Positions 47,111 to 62,273 are shown, counted from the stretch's first letter. The stretch is DNA of 64,000 nt from Candidatus Omnitrophota bacterium (GCA_022703585.1 JAKLDJ010000006.1:5696-69695); one strand, 5' to 3'. Numbers and translations: made by a program. The notes: generated from the sequence alone by a model not told the origin.

Positions 47111-48841
47111 TTGTTTATGCTTTTAAGGGAAAAATACATTCTCCTGCTTGTTGTCCTCGCCTGCTGTCTCTCTTTTCTATATTTCAATACCGAAAAAGGA
47201 AGCCAATTTTGGGAAAATTATTTTGGGTCTCCTGATCGGTATGCCATTATGCAGAATTCCAAGATCGGCTACGTCAATGCCCGGGGGGATGTTGTCATCC
47301 GTCCTCAATTTAATGATGGGATACATTATTTTTCGGGAGGATTAGCTCCGGTTGTCATCGGCAATCAATGGGGATTTATCGACGGGAGGGGGAATACGGT
47401 TATTGCGCCCCAGTTTACCTGGGCGGATAAATTTTCTGAAGATTTAGCCGTTGTTGCCGTACCGGTTAAGACTATCTCAATGTACGGCTACATTGATTCG
47501 TCCGGCGGGTATGCCATCGAGCCGAAATTCTTAAAAGCGAACGGATTTTCTGAAGGATTGGCATGCGTAAATTTTCAGGGTGCATGGGGGTATATCAACA
47601 AGGCAGGGGAATGGGTTATTCAGCCTAAGTTTGATGAGGCGCGGGATTTTTCACAAGGGTTGGCGGCTATAAGAAGCGGCCGTCACTGGGGTTTTATTGA
47701 CAGAAAAGGTACGATTGTTATTGAGCCGAGTTTTTATGAGGCAGGGTTATTTAAAGACGGTTTGGCGCCGGTTGCGATGACCCAGAATTGGTGGGCGTAT
47801 ATTGATCAGCAGGGCCAAATTGCGATTGGCTGGCAATTTGATTCTGCTCATGCTTTTCGCGAAGGGCTGGCGGCTGTATCCAAAAAATACTCTAAAGGAT
47901 ATGTCGACACGGCCGGAAAAATGGTTATTGAGAAGAACTACTTTTCGGATGTTAAAGATTTTTCACAAGGATTGGCGGCGGTAAGAGTGAATGCCGGATA
48001 TGACGCTATGCATGACGGTCAATGGGGCTATATCGATCGATCGGGTGAAATTGTCATTGAGCCTCGTTTTGACTGGGCTTCGGACTTTCACGGCGGCTTA
48101 GCCCGGGTGGGTATCGGTCAAAATGATGTTCGGAGGGGTTATTGTAATCCGAAGGGAAAACTGATCTGGGATCCGGCGAATTGGGAGGTCGGCAGTCATA
48201 TACGCCAGAACACTCTGATCTCTATCGGTACGCTTGTGCTGCTGTATTTTATATTCCTTTTTGTGTCTTACGGGATACGGGCGCATAAGGCTTCTCGTTA
48301 TGAGGTAGCTTTGCTTAAGGAGCAAGCTGCTATGCGAAAAGGCGCAGTGTCAGGAGGGGGCATGTTCTCGGATGCATCGCTCTCTTTTGAGCAGGGTACA
48401 GCAAGATTCAGGTTGTATCTCGTGAAATATTTTATTCCGCATTTTCACGAAGAAACATATCTTGAGGCTGATCTGCTATCAGCGCAGGAGCGCGATATAA
48501 AGTTTTTTGTTAATCTAGACTTCGGCCGTGTGTCTTCAATGAACCTGGTTCCTCCGGCGGTTATCCAGACCGGCAATGCTTCTTTTGACCAGATGGTCAA
48601 GATCCCTAAAGCCGGAGATGAAAAATATGTCCTGGGTCTTTTTAATGATGTGGTCCAAAAAAGATTATTAGAATCAAGATTATTAGACTCTGTCTTTATC
48701 GTCGGAATCACGAAGGGCAAGTTTATGTTTCGGATTAACCGGGTGCCTGTGTTTCGGGGTGAGTGTGACTGGATTATTGACACGGCATTTATATTTTATG
48801 AACGCATAAAAGAATTAGAAAAAAACAGGACTCTCCTGTAA
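47111..48841 (+). CDS. WG-repeat (KWG-type) membrane protein with cytoplasmic C-terminal domain
   Basis: N-terminal TM, then ~8 repeats of WG(F/Y)ID..G..VI.P.F, a second TM (LISIGTLVLLYFIFLFVSYGI), and a ~190-aa C-terminal domain of unknown function. Confidence 0.6.
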   Translation: MFMLLREKYILLLVVLACCLSFLYFNTEKGSQFWENYFGSPDRYAIMQNSKIGYVNARGDVVIRPQFNDGIHYFSGGLAPVVIGNQWGFIDGRGNTVIAPQFTWADKFSEDLAVVAVPVKTISMYGYIDSSGGYAIEPKFLKANGFSEGLACVNFQGAWGYINKAGEWVIQPKFDEARDFSQGLAAIRSGRHWGFIDRKGTIVIEPSFYEAGLFKDGLAPVAMTQNWWAYIDQQGQIAIGWQFDSAHAFREGLAAVSKKYSKGYVDTAGKMVIEKNYFSDVKDFSQGLAAVRVNAGYDAMHDGQWGYIDRSGEIVIEPRFDWASDFHGGLARVGIGQNDVRRGYCNPKGKLIWDPANWEVGSHIRQNTLISIGTLVLLYFIFLFVSYGIRAHKASRYEVALLKEQAAMRKGAVSGGGMFSDASLSFEQGTARFRLYLVKYFIPHFHEETYLEADLLSAQERDIKFFVNLDFGRVSSMNLVPPAVIQTGNASFDQMVKIPKAGDEKYVLGLFNDVVQKRLLESRLLDSVFIVGITKGKFMFRINRVPVFRGECDWIIDTAFIFYERIKELEKNRTLL

Positions 48842-48888
48842 AATAGTAACCCTGAAGCGCGTTGGATGTATCAAGCAAAGGAGCTGAA

Positions 48889-49053
48889 ATGGATTGGCAG
48901 ACGATCGTGCTGGTCGTGGTGGTTATTGTCGGAGCTTTTTGGTTCGTGAAAAGAGGCGGTTGTTGCTGCGGTACGCACAAGGACGACGATCAGAAGAACG
49001 ATGACAATGCCAAAAAGGACGATGGCAAGAAAAGTAGTTGCGGTTGTCATTAA
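48889..49053 (+). CDS. Small Cys-rich membrane peptide (resembles FeoB-associated Cys-rich membrane protein family)
   Basis: AAAGGAG RBS. MDWQTIVLVVVVIVGAFWFVKRGGCCCGTHKDDDQKNDDNAKKDDGKKSSCGCH: one TM helix plus a CCCG...CGCH tail. Confidence 0.45.
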   Translation: MDWQTIVLVVVVIVGAFWFVKRGGCCCGTHKDDDQKNDDNAKKDDGKKSSCGCH

Positions 49054-49086
49054 TCTGATTACTGGACAGCACGAGGAATTAATTCT

Positions 49087-49596
49087 ATGAAAATTATTGA
49101 AACCGAGCGTAGGCGATACGCGCGTTACGACACGGAGGCGAAGGTATATTTTCGTGTTACCTACGATATCAAGACTCGTGTCAAATTCCGGGTTATTGAC
49201 CAGGGCGAAGGGAAAATTTCTCCCGCGGAATATTCTGCGCTAAGTAAAAACGTCAGCGCGGAAGGCTTATGCTTTACGGCAGGCAAGAAGCTGAATGGGG
49301 GAGATATTCTTTATATCGAGGTTTATTTACCCGGCCGTGAGGAGCCGATCCGCATGGAGGGAGAGGTGCGCTGGTGTCACCCGGACAGGGTCGCCCGAAA
49401 AAAGGTTGGCCGATTCAACACGGGAGTAAAGCTTATGACGATTAACGGGTTTTCCGTGGCGAAATCTATTTACAGAGATACGGCTAATCATATTGTCTGG
49501 AGTAAAGTCCTAGATTCTATTTTCAGCAATTTTAAGAATTTTGTTAAAGAGCAAAACAAACCTAATCGTTCTGTGCGAAAATCGGCAAAAAAGTAG
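49087..49596 (+). CDS. PilZ-like domain protein
   Basis: ERRRYARYDTEAKVYFRV (RxxxR) and a beta-rich fold. A DxSxxG motif is not clear, hence the low confidence. Confidence 0.4.
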   Translation: MKIIETERRRYARYDTEAKVYFRVTYDIKTRVKFRVIDQGEGKISPAEYSALSKNVSAEGLCFTAGKKLNGGDILYIEVYLPGREEPIRMEGEVRWCHPDRVARKKVGRFNTGVKLMTINGFSVAKSIYRDTANHIVWSKVLDSIFSNFKNFVKEQNKPNRSVRKSAKK

Positions 49597-49602
49597 AATT
49601 TT

Positions 49603-50682
49603 ATGGCCGCTCAGAGCCGAGAGAATTTTGTCGGTCGATTTTGGAAAAAGCTCGAGAATAATAAGGTTGCATGCCAGCTTTGCCCCCGCTTTTGTATATT
49701 AGGAGAAAATCAGCGGGGTTTTTGTTTTGTGCGGGAGAATGTCGGCGGAGAGCTTATCCTAACCACCTACGGACGCAGCAGCGGATTTTGCATCGATCCG
49801 ATTGAAAAAAAGCCGCTCAATCACTTTTATCCGGGAACCGGCATCTTGTCGTTCGGGACAGCCGGGTGTAACCTGGGCTGCAAATTCTGCCAGAATTGGG
49901 ATTTGAGTAAGTCTGCTGAATCTGACCGTCTAACTGAGAAGGTGACCCCCAAGCAAATCGCTCAATATGCTAAGCAGACAGGATGCAAAAGTGTTGCCTT
50001 TACCTACAATGACCCGGTTGTTTTCGCGGAATATGCGATTGCTGTCGCTGATGCCTGTCATGCAGCCGGAGTTTTAACCGTTGCGGTTACCGCCGGATAT
50101 ATTGCCCCGGAGGCGAGGAAAGAGTTTTTTGGCTGCATGGATGCTGCCAACGTTGACTTAAAGGCATTTACGGACCGATTTTATCGTGAAATTGCCTCAG
50201 GAACTCTAAAGCCGGTTTTGGACACACTGGTTTACTTAAAGCAAAAAACAAAAGTATGGCTGGAGATTACCACGCTTATCATTCCGGGTGAGAACGATAG
50301 CGATAACGAGCTTGCGCAAATGACCGAATGGATTGTTGAAAATCTGGGGAATGATGTCCCGCTGCATTTTACGGCTTTTCATCCTGATTTTAAAATGCGT
50401 AATGTTCCCGCCACGCCAACCGGTACTTTAAAACGGGCGCGTGACATTGCTATTTCGAAAGGTATCCGGTATGTTTATACCGGCAATATCCATGACCAGG
50501 AAGGGCAGAGCACCTATTGCCATGCCTGCAAAAAGATGCTAATTGAGCGTAATTGGTACGAATTAGGCGAGTATCATATCAACAACGGCCGGTGTGCCTA
50601 TTGTGGCGTTGTTTGCTCCGGCCATTTTGAAAATACTCCCGGAGGCTGGGGTTCGAAACGGCAGCCGGTCTATTTTCAATAA
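49603..50682 (+). CDS. AmmeMemoRadiSam-system radical SAM enzyme
   Basis: CQLCPRFC...GFC...GCNLGCKFCQNWDLSKS, and the overall length and order of motifs typical of this PflA-like subfamily. Confidence 0.75.
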   Translation: MAAQSRENFVGRFWKKLENNKVACQLCPRFCILGENQRGFCFVRENVGGELILTTYGRSSGFCIDPIEKKPLNHFYPGTGILSFGTAGCNLGCKFCQNWDLSKSAESDRLTEKVTPKQIAQYAKQTGCKSVAFTYNDPVVFAEYAIAVADACHAAGVLTVAVTAGYIAPEARKEFFGCMDAANVDLKAFTDRFYREIASGTLKPVLDTLVYLKQKTKVWLEITTLIIPGENDSDNELAQMTEWIVENLGNDVPLHFTAFHPDFKMRNVPATPTGTLKRARDIAISKGIRYVYTGNIHDQEGQSTYCHACKKMLIERNWYELGEYHINNGRCAYCGVVCSGHFENTPGGWGSKRQPVYFQ

Positions 50683-50717
50683 ACTTTCTTATAACTAAAG
50701 CAGCGAGGAGTCATTGA

Positions 50718-51485
50718 GTGAAAATTCTAAGTTGGAACGTGAACGGTATACGCTCCGTCGAGAAAAAGGGTTTCTTGGAATGGGTTTATGCTGAATCTCC
50801 CGATATTCTGTGCCTCCAGGAGACAAAAGCGCACCCGGACCAACTAAGCGATAATTTATTAAATCCAAGAGGATATAAAACATACTGGTCAGCGGCGCAG
50901 AAAAAAGGATACAGCGGGGTCGCCTTATTTGCAAAAGTCACCCCTCAAAAGGTTGATACAGGTATCGGTGTTAAGAAATTTGATATTGAAGGGCGTACGC
51001 TCATTGCCGATTTTGGCCCGTTTGTTCTTTTTAATATTTATTATCCAAACGGCGGAGCAGGCAACAAGCGGGTTCCTTTTAAAATGTCTTTCTATGACAC
51101 CTTTCTTAAAGTCGCGGATGATTTGAGAAAGAAAGGCAAGAAGCTTGTTATTTGCGGTGACCTGAATACGGCTCACGCAGAAATCGATTTGGCGCGGCCC
51201 AAGGAAAATGAGAAAAATACCGGATTTTTACCCGAAGAACGAGCCTGGGTCAGCAAATTTATTTCCAGGGGCTATATTGATACATTCCGCCACTTTAATC
51301 AGGAGCCGGGGTACTATACCTGGTGGGATTATAAGACCGGCGCGCGGGCTCGGAATGTCGGATGGCGGATTGATTATTTCTTCGTCACGACAAATCTGCT
51401 GGCTAATCTTAAATCCGCATTTATTTTAAAAGACGTGATGGGCTCTGACCATTGCCCGGTTGGAATTGAGCTGGAAAAATTATAG
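50718..51485 (+). CDS. xth: Exodeoxyribonuclease III
   Basis: KILSWNVNGIRS...DILCLQETK...GDLNTAHAEIDL...DHCPV: EEP nuclease motifs. GTG start. Confidence 0.9.
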   Translation: MKILSWNVNGIRSVEKKGFLEWVYAESPDILCLQETKAHPDQLSDNLLNPRGYKTYWSAAQKKGYSGVALFAKVTPQKVDTGIGVKKFDIEGRTLIADFGPFVLFNIYYPNGGAGNKRVPFKMSFYDTFLKVADDLRKKGKKLVICGDLNTAHAEIDLARPKENEKNTGFLPEERAWVSKFISRGYIDTFRHFNQEPGYYTWWDYKTGARARNVGWRIDYFFVTTNLLANLKSAFILKDVMGSDHCPVGIELEKL

Positions 51486-51513
51486 GAAGTTTTTCAAAGA
51501 AACGGAGGAAAAG

Positions 51514-51702
51514 ATGAAGAAACTGTATCTTTCGGATGCAGACCGTAAAATAGGCGGGGTATGCGGCGGTTTAGGAGAGCACTTTGAGAAAGATCCTATT
51601 ATTTTCAGGATTATTTTTGTTATCCTGTTTCTTACCGGCGGGGTGGGCTTATTGGCTTATATTATTATGTGGCTGGTTATTCCCCGCAGGCCAAAAGGGT
51701 AA
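51514..51702 (+). CDS. PspC-domain protein
   Basis: ACGGAGGAAAAG RBS. KKLYLSDADRKIGGVCGGLGEHFEKDPIIFRIIFVIL matches the PspC domain, followed by one TM. Confidence 0.6.
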   Translation: MKKLYLSDADRKIGGVCGGLGEHFEKDPIIFRIIFVILFLTGGVGLLAYIIMWLVIPRRPKG

Positions 51703-51775
51703 TATTTAGTTTTACGGCAGCCTTCATCCGGTAGTATGTTTGTTGATTTTGATCGAACGAAAAATGGATTTTGCC

Positions 51776-51804
51776 TTGACAGTATTTTACGCGGTTGTTA
51801 TATT
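51776..51804 (+). promoter_or_regulatory. Near-consensus sigma70 promoter
   Basis: TTGACA (51776-51781), a 17-nt spacer, then TATATT (51799-51804). Confidence 0.6.
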
Positions 51805-51810
51805 AACACA

Positions 51811-51863
51811 ACGAAACCAGGGCACAGACGTCCTCGTGTTTAGGGGGTCTGTGTCTTTTTTTA
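51811..51863 (+). ncRNA. Candidate ~50-nt leader/attenuator or short sRNA ending in an intrinsic terminator, upstream of the nfnAB-gdhA cluster
   Basis: The predicted TSS at ~51811 is followed by the hairpin CACAGAC(18-nt loop)GTCTGTG and then TCTTTTTTT (51855-51863). The next gene starts at 51912. Confidence 0.3.
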
Positions 51864-51911
51864 ACCATTTTTTACGGACAGTAACTCGTACCGACAATTA
51901 ACCGGGTAGAA

Positions 51912-52741
51912 ATGAAAATTTTAAGTAAAAAAAGCTTAGTCAGCGTGCCGGGATCGAAAGTTACCCAGATAGTGCTCTCTTCTCCCGATATAGCAGCCAA
52001 AGCCTTGCCGGGGGAATTTGTGGTAATTATGGCGGATAAAAAAGGCGAGCGGGTTCCTTTAACTATTGTCAATGCCGACAAAAAGAACGGGACAGTTACG
52101 CTTATTTTTCAAGAGGCAGGCTTAAGTACCACCCTCCTGGGAAAGATGAATGTCGGCGATTCGCTTTATGCCATGGTGGGCCCATTGGGACATGCGACTC
52201 CGATCAAGAATTACGGAAAAATCATTCTTGTCGGCGGAGGCGTGGGCATTGCCGAAATTTACCCTGTCGCGGCAGCGCTTAAGGACGCGGGGAATCACGT
52301 TACTACCATATTGGGTGCCCGCAGTAAAGATATTTTGATCCTGGAGCAAGAGCTTAAGAAAGCCTCCGATGAATTTTACGTAGCGACGGATGACGGGTCT
52401 TACGGGGTAAAGGGATTTACGACAGATCTATTACGCGAGAGGCTTTCCAAGGGTTCCTATGATGTTGTGTATGCGGTCGGCCCTATTCCTATGATGAAAA
52501 AAGTCACCGCGGTCACGAAGGAATTTAATGTCAAAACGGTTGTCTCCTTAAATGCCTTGATGGTGGATGGGACGGGAATGTGCGGCGGCTGCCGGGTGAC
52601 CATAGGCGGGCAGGTGAAGTTTACCTGCGTGGACGGGCCGGAGTTTGACGGGCAGCTGGTTGATTGGAACGAATTAGAAAAAAGAAATAAGGTTTATTTT
52701 GGCAAAGAAAAACATGTCTGCGAGTTGGACAAGGTAGCTAA

Positions 52742-52745
<4 letters not shown>
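51912..52745 (+). CDS. PyrK-like FAD/NAD-binding ferredoxin-reductase subunit (NfnA / sulfide dehydrogenase SudB-like)
   Basis: FAD/NAD-binding fold (RVPLTIVN...; ILVGGGVGIAE) and a C-terminal 2Fe-2S site (CGGCRVTIGGQVKFTCVDGPEF). Followed by a GltD-like gene that overlaps it by 4 nt. Confidence 0.75.
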
Positions 52746-55565
<2,820 letters not shown>

Positions 55566-55589
55566 GGTTTAGCTGTATACAGTGAAGTA

Positions 55590-55630
55590 AAAGGGCGCCC
55601 CCGCCAAAAGGCGGGGGCGCCCTTTTTTGG
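55590..55630 (+). terminator. Intrinsic terminator after gdhA
   Basis: GGGCGCCCCCGCCaaaaGGCGGGGGCGCCCttttttgg. Confidence 0.7.
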
Positions 55631-55740
55631 TCTCCGACGGTTATTATGTCACAGAATGTCATTTTACCTTGTCTGGCTTTACTGTAAGTAGTAAAATAAA
55701 TTTATAGTTAAAATTTGTATATTGTTTACAATTAGCTGGC

Positions 55741-56274
55741 ATGGGAAAAATTATTATAAAACAAGGCGACATTACTTGGGAAGAAGTGGATGTTATCGTT
55801 AACGCCGCCAATTCAACGCTGCGCGGCGGCGGAGGCGTGGATGGGGCTATTCACCGGGCCGCCGGAGAATCAGTTCTCTCGGAATGCATTAAGATGGACC
55901 ATTGCCTGACAGGGGAATGCGTTATCACTAACGCCGGTAGGCTTAAGGCAAAGAAGATTATTCATGCTGTCGGTCCCGTTTGGTCGGGAGGCACACGTGG
56001 TGAAGCCCAGCTTCTTAAAAACTGTTACCGAAAAAGCCTTGAGCTTGCTTTAGCGCATAATCTTAAGACCATTGCCTTTCCGGCGATTAGCACCGGTGCT
56101 TATCGGTATCCGATTGAAGCAGCAACCGAAATTGCTTTAACGCAGGGTTTTCAATTTAAAGAGAAATTTGACTGCATAATTTTCGTATGTTTTTCTCGGG
56201 ATGATCTGGCGATTTATCAATCCGTTTACGAAAGGATGGCCAATGATGAAAATAAGACACTTGGTTCTGGTTAG
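55741..56274 (+). CDS. Macro-domain protein (O-acetyl-ADP-ribose deacetylase, YmdB-like)
   Basis: IIKQGDITWEEVDVIVNAANSTLRGGGGVDGAIHRAAG...IAFPAISTGAYRYP. Confidence 0.85.
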   Translation: MGKIIIKQGDITWEEVDVIVNAANSTLRGGGGVDGAIHRAAGESVLSECIKMDHCLTGECVITNAGRLKAKKIIHAVGPVWSGGTRGEAQLLKNCYRKSLELALAHNLKTIAFPAISTGAYRYPIEAATEIALTQGFQFKEKFDCIIFVCFSRDDLAIYQSVYERMANDENKTLGSG

Positions 56275-56773
56275 TCTTTTTCTTTTTGTAGCCGCCGCAA
56301 TCTTTCTCTCCGGACGGGTTTTAGGAGATGGTGAAATGGATATCAGCAGCCCTGCTTTTAAGCATAATCAAACGATTCCGAATAAATATACCTGCCATGG
56401 CAAAAACATAAATCCGCCCTTAACCATTAGCTATATTCCCGAACGTACAAAAAGCCTGGTGCTCATCATTGATGACCCTGATGCCCCATCCGGAGACTGG
56501 GTGCATTGGGTTGTCTATAATATCCCGGTCACAAAGCGTATCGCGGAAGGGAGTGTTCCCGGGCTCCAGGGGATGAATGATTTCAGGAAACAGAATTACG
56601 GGGGGCCGTGTCCTCCCAGCGGTGTGCATCACTATTTCCATAAAGTCTACGCCCTCGATACCATGCTTGATTTAAAAGGATTTGTAAATAAACAGACAGT
56701 ATTAAGGGCGGCTCAAGGTCATATTTTAGCCAAGGCTGTTTTGGTTGGACTTTGTCGAGGGCCATCTCGATGA
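56243..56773 (+). CDS. YbhB/YbcL-family PEBP (Raf-kinase-inhibitor-like) protein with signal peptide
   Basis: ATG at 56243 after AAGGA. LVLIIDDPDAPSGDWVHWVVYNIP...GVHHYFHKVYALD: PEBP motifs. Confidence 0.75.
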   Translation: MMKIRHLVLVSLFLFVAAAIFLSGRVLGDGEMDISSPAFKHNQTIPNKYTCHGKNINPPLTISYIPERTKSLVLIIDDPDAPSGDWVHWVVYNIPVTKRIAEGSVPGLQGMNDFRKQNYGGPCPPSGVHHYFHKVYALDTMLDLKGFVNKQTVLRAAQGHILAKAVLVGLCRGPSR

Positions 56774-56899
56774 CGCGGCCGCAATGTACCAGGAGACAGA
56801 AAAATATTTCCAGGGTTCTACAGGAAAAACACGCCCTCATCCGGGATAAAATCCGTACCAAACGGCAGAAAAAGCCTTTTTGATTACAGGGCGTATTTA

Positions 56900-57165
56900 T
56901 TATGATACAGCGGGTTCGACAGAATCCAAAAGGAGGGTGGCGTTATTCTTAAGGATTTCTAAGAATCCCTTTCCGTTTAAATAAAATGTCTTCGTGTCAT
57001 TTGCTGCAGTTTTTAATACAATCTTTCCCGCCTTTAGGTTCGCGATTAAGGGTGCATGGTCGACTAAAACCCCCATGTAACCCAGCTCGGAGGGGGCAAC
57101 CAGCGAAGAAACCTCGCCTTCATAAATTGCTTTTTCCGGGGTCAGTATCGAAACATGAAATGTTT
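56900..57165 (-). CDS. atpC: F1Fo ATP synthase epsilon subunit
   Basis: GTG start at 57165 after AAGGGA. VNSKTFHVSILTPEKAIYEGEVSSLVAPSELGYMGVLVDHAPLIANLKAGKIVL matches the epsilon N-terminal beta-sandwich. Directly downstream of atpD. Confidence 0.75.
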
Positions 57166-57179
57166 TGCTATTCACGCGC

Positions 57180-59438
<2,259 letters not shown>

Positions 59439-59442
<4 letters not shown>

Positions 59443-60965
59443 TTCTTTGCACTATTGATAAATTCTTTCTTAAAGGCTGCGATAACACTATTGAGTTTCT
59501 GCATAAGAGATTCACTCAATTCCGTCTTAGTGGCTATTTCCTGCTCGATATCAAGGTGGTTTTTATCGAGGTATGTATATAAATTCTCCTCGAATTCCTT
59601 TATCGAATTTACGGGCATATCATCCAGGAATCCGTGAACGCCGGCGTAAATGATGATGACCTGCCGGGCCAGGGAGAGGGGGTTGTATTGGCCTTGTTTT
59701 AAGATCTCCGTCATTCGCTCGCCTCGCGTCAGCTGGGCTTGTGTGGCTTTGTCGAGCTCTGAGCCGAATTGGGCAAACACGGCAAGCTCGCGGTATTGGG
59801 CTAAATCCAGCCGCAGTCGCCCCGCAACCTGTTTCATGGCTTTTGTTTGGGCTTTTCCTCCGACGCGGGATACGGACAGGCCCACATTGATCGCCGGGCG
59901 GATACCCGCATAAAAGAGATCATTTTCAAGATAAATTTGTCCGTCCGTAATCGAAATAACGTTGGTGGGAATATAGCTGGTAACATCCCCGGCCTGGGTC
60001 TCGATAATGGGAAGCGCGGTCAAAGAACCTCCGCCTAACTCATCCGTTAGTTTAGCGGCGCGTTCAAGCAAGCGCGCATGAAGATAAAACACGTCACCCG
60101 GATAGGCCTCGCGGCCCGGCGGACGGCGCAGAAGCAGTGAAAGCTGGCGATAAGCCTGGGCATGCTTTGAGAGGTCATCGTATATGACCAAAGCATGCCG
60201 GCCGGAATACAGGGCATCTTCGCCGATGGCGCAGCCGGCGTAAGGGGCGATATACTGCATGGACGCCGCGGCGTTGGAGGAGGCATTGACGATTGTTGTG
60301 TAATCCATGGCCCCGTATTTTGCTAAAGTTTCCGAGACCGCCACAACATTTGAGATTTTCTGTCCGATAGCAACATAAATGCAATGAACGTCGGTATTTT
60401 TCTGGTTGATAATCGTATCGATGGCAATCGCGGTTTTTCCGGTCTGCCGGTCGGCAATAATTAATTCGCGCTGACCGCGGCCTATGGGAATCATCGAGTC
60501 GATGGCCTTAATGCCGGTTTGTAGAGGCATTTTAACCGGTTGCCGCTCAATAACGCTGGGCGCGCGCGTCTCGATAGGGCGATATCGGTCGGTGACAATA
60601 GGGCCTTTGCCGTCAATTGGTTCCCCTAAGGCGTTCACGACACGCCCCAAGAGGGCGCGACCTACGGGAACTTGGGTGATTTTTCCGGTGCGCTTAACGG
60701 TGTCGCCTTCTTTAATGTTTTCGCTGGCTTCATCCCCGGAGAAGATGATAACGCCGACGCTGTCTTCTTCGAGATTAAGGGCCATTCCCATAACATTGCC
60801 GGGAAATTCCACAATTTCCCCGGCCATGACATCGTCGAGCCCGTAAACTCGGGCAATACCGTCGCCGACCTGGATAACAGTGCCGACTGATTCCATTCGT
60901 AGCTTGGTTTTAAATTTATCAAGCTCTTGTTTTATAACCGATGTGACTTCGTCTGGCCTAAGCAT
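59439..60965 (-). CDS. atpA: F1Fo ATP synthase alpha subunit
   Basis: [19 protein letters not shown]-loop and overall conservation. Confidence 0.95.
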
Positions 60966-60966
60966 T

Positions 60967-61512
60967 TTATGAGATCCTTATAGCAGTCAGTTGTTCTCTA
61001 AGATCGGCAAGGGTGCGCTGGATCGAGCCATCCAGATGGCTGTTGCCGATCACTATTCTCACTCCGCCGATGAGCGCCGGGGATAATTCCATCCGTAAAT
61101 TTATTTTTTTGTTGAGTTTTTTAGACAATTTTTCCTTTATGGCTTCGATAAATTTATCATCCAGGGGAAAAGCGGTTTGGACGACGGCTTCGGCCTCTTT
61201 GTCCTGGCTGTAAATTGCGCGGGCATACCGGGCAATCGCTGCCGCATAGGTAAGACGTTTTTTGTTGATCAATAGTTTTAGAAATCGGCGGATTTCTTCC
61301 GAAAATCCTTCTTTGAAGATATTATCGGATAGAGCCTGTTTTTCCTGTGCCGTGATTTGCCAGCCGGCTAGAAGTTTTCTGATGCCGGGGTTATTCTCGA
61401 TGATACCGGCCATTTTCTCAAACTCAAAGATGCCTTTTTCGACGCCTATCGTTTCGTTAAGATAGGAGAGGAGGCCTTCGGCATAACGTTTGGCAATGAT
61501 TGCTTCTCTCAT
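60967..61512 (-). CDS. atpH: F1Fo ATP synthase delta (OSCP) subunit
   Basis: Position between atpF and atpA. 181 aa, the right size and helical pattern for delta/OSCP ([12 protein letters not shown]...). Confidence 0.8.
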   Translation of the reverse strand: MREAIIAKRYAEGLLSYLNETIGVEKGIFEFEKMAGIIENNPGIRKLLAGWQITAQEKQALSDNIFKEGFSEEIRRFLKLLINKKRLTYAAAIARYARAIYSQDKEAEAVVQTAFPLDDKFIEAIKEKLSKKLNKKINLRMELSPALIGGVRIVIGNSHLDGSIQRTLADLREQLTAIRIS

Positions 61513-62006
61513 GATGACTTTTCAATTTCGCTGACCAAGTCCGCAATGAGCTTTTTGTCGGTTTCCTTGGTCAATTTTTCTTTAATAATTCGTTCGGTTG
61601 CGGCAATGGTTAAATCGACAACTTGCGTTTTAAGTTCCTGCTTGGCCTTAGAAAGTTCCTGTTTGATATTTTCCTTGGCGGTTTCGAGTATTTTCTGCGC
61701 ATCGTCCCGGGCCTTTCCCTGGATGTCACGCGATAGTGCCTGGCCGGCAGAGACGGCCTCCTGAATTCTTGCTCTCGCTGTTTCCTCGATGGTGTTTAGT
61801 CGAGTGTCATAATCGGCTTTGATTCGGGCAATTTCTGCTTTTGCCTCTTCGATGCTCCTAAAATCAGAGGCGATGCGTTCTTTGCGGTCATCTAAGATTT
61901 TCAGGAATTTTTTCCAGGCAAAGGCGCGCAAGATAAAAAACAGCAGCAGAAAACAGATCAGCTGTGCAACAATTTCATTGGCGCTTAAAAGTTTCAGCAG
62001 TTCCAT
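61509..62006 (-). CDS. atpF: F1Fo ATP synthase subunit b
   Basis: N-terminal TM helix followed by a long charged coiled coil. Position in the operon. Confidence 0.8.
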   Translation of the reverse strand: MELLKLLSANEIVAQLICFLLLFFILRAFAWKKFLKILDDRKERIASDFRSIEEAKAEIARIKADYDTRLNTIEETARARIQEAVSAGQALSRDIQGKARDDAQKILETAKENIKQELSKAKQELKTQVVDLTIAATERIIKEKLTKETDKKLIADLVSEIEKSS

Positions 62007-62020
62007 GGCGGTTTACAGGT

Positions 62021-62251
62021 TTATATTTTTCCGGCAAGGCTGAATGCCAAAACCAGCACGTAAATGGTTAACGCCTCGATAAAGGCGCAACCGGTGGCCA
62101 TGGCAACCAAGATCTTGGTCAGGGCATCCGGCTGGCGCCCGATAGCGTCCATCGCCGAGCCAACCGCCCGTCCTAATCCGATACCGCAGCCAAAGGCGGC
62201 CAAGCCTAAGCCTAATGGCAACCCCAAGGCAAGTGCGAATTTATAATCCAT
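62021..62251 (-). CDS. atpE: F1Fo ATP synthase subunit c
   Basis: ATG at 62251 after GGAGGA (MDYKFALALGLPLGLGLAAFGCGIGLGRAVGSAMDAIGRQPDALTKILVAMATGCAFIEALTIYVLVLAFSLAGKI): a two-helix hairpin with a conserved carboxylate (E in FIEALTIY). The ORF-track entry is over-extended upstream. Confidence 0.85.
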   Translation of the reverse strand: MDYKFALALGLPLGLGLAAFGCGIGLGRAVGSAMDAIGRQPDALTKILVAMATGCAFIEALTIYVLVLAFSLAGKI

Positions 62252-62273
62252 TGTATTTCCTCCTTTTTTTGTT

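Noticed and set aside
55690-55740. Imperfect palindrome TTGTATATTGTTTACAA upstream of the macro-domain gene as a possible operator
   Set aside because: It is AT-rich and imperfect, and could equally be just the -35/-10 region. The evidence is too weak to call a feature.
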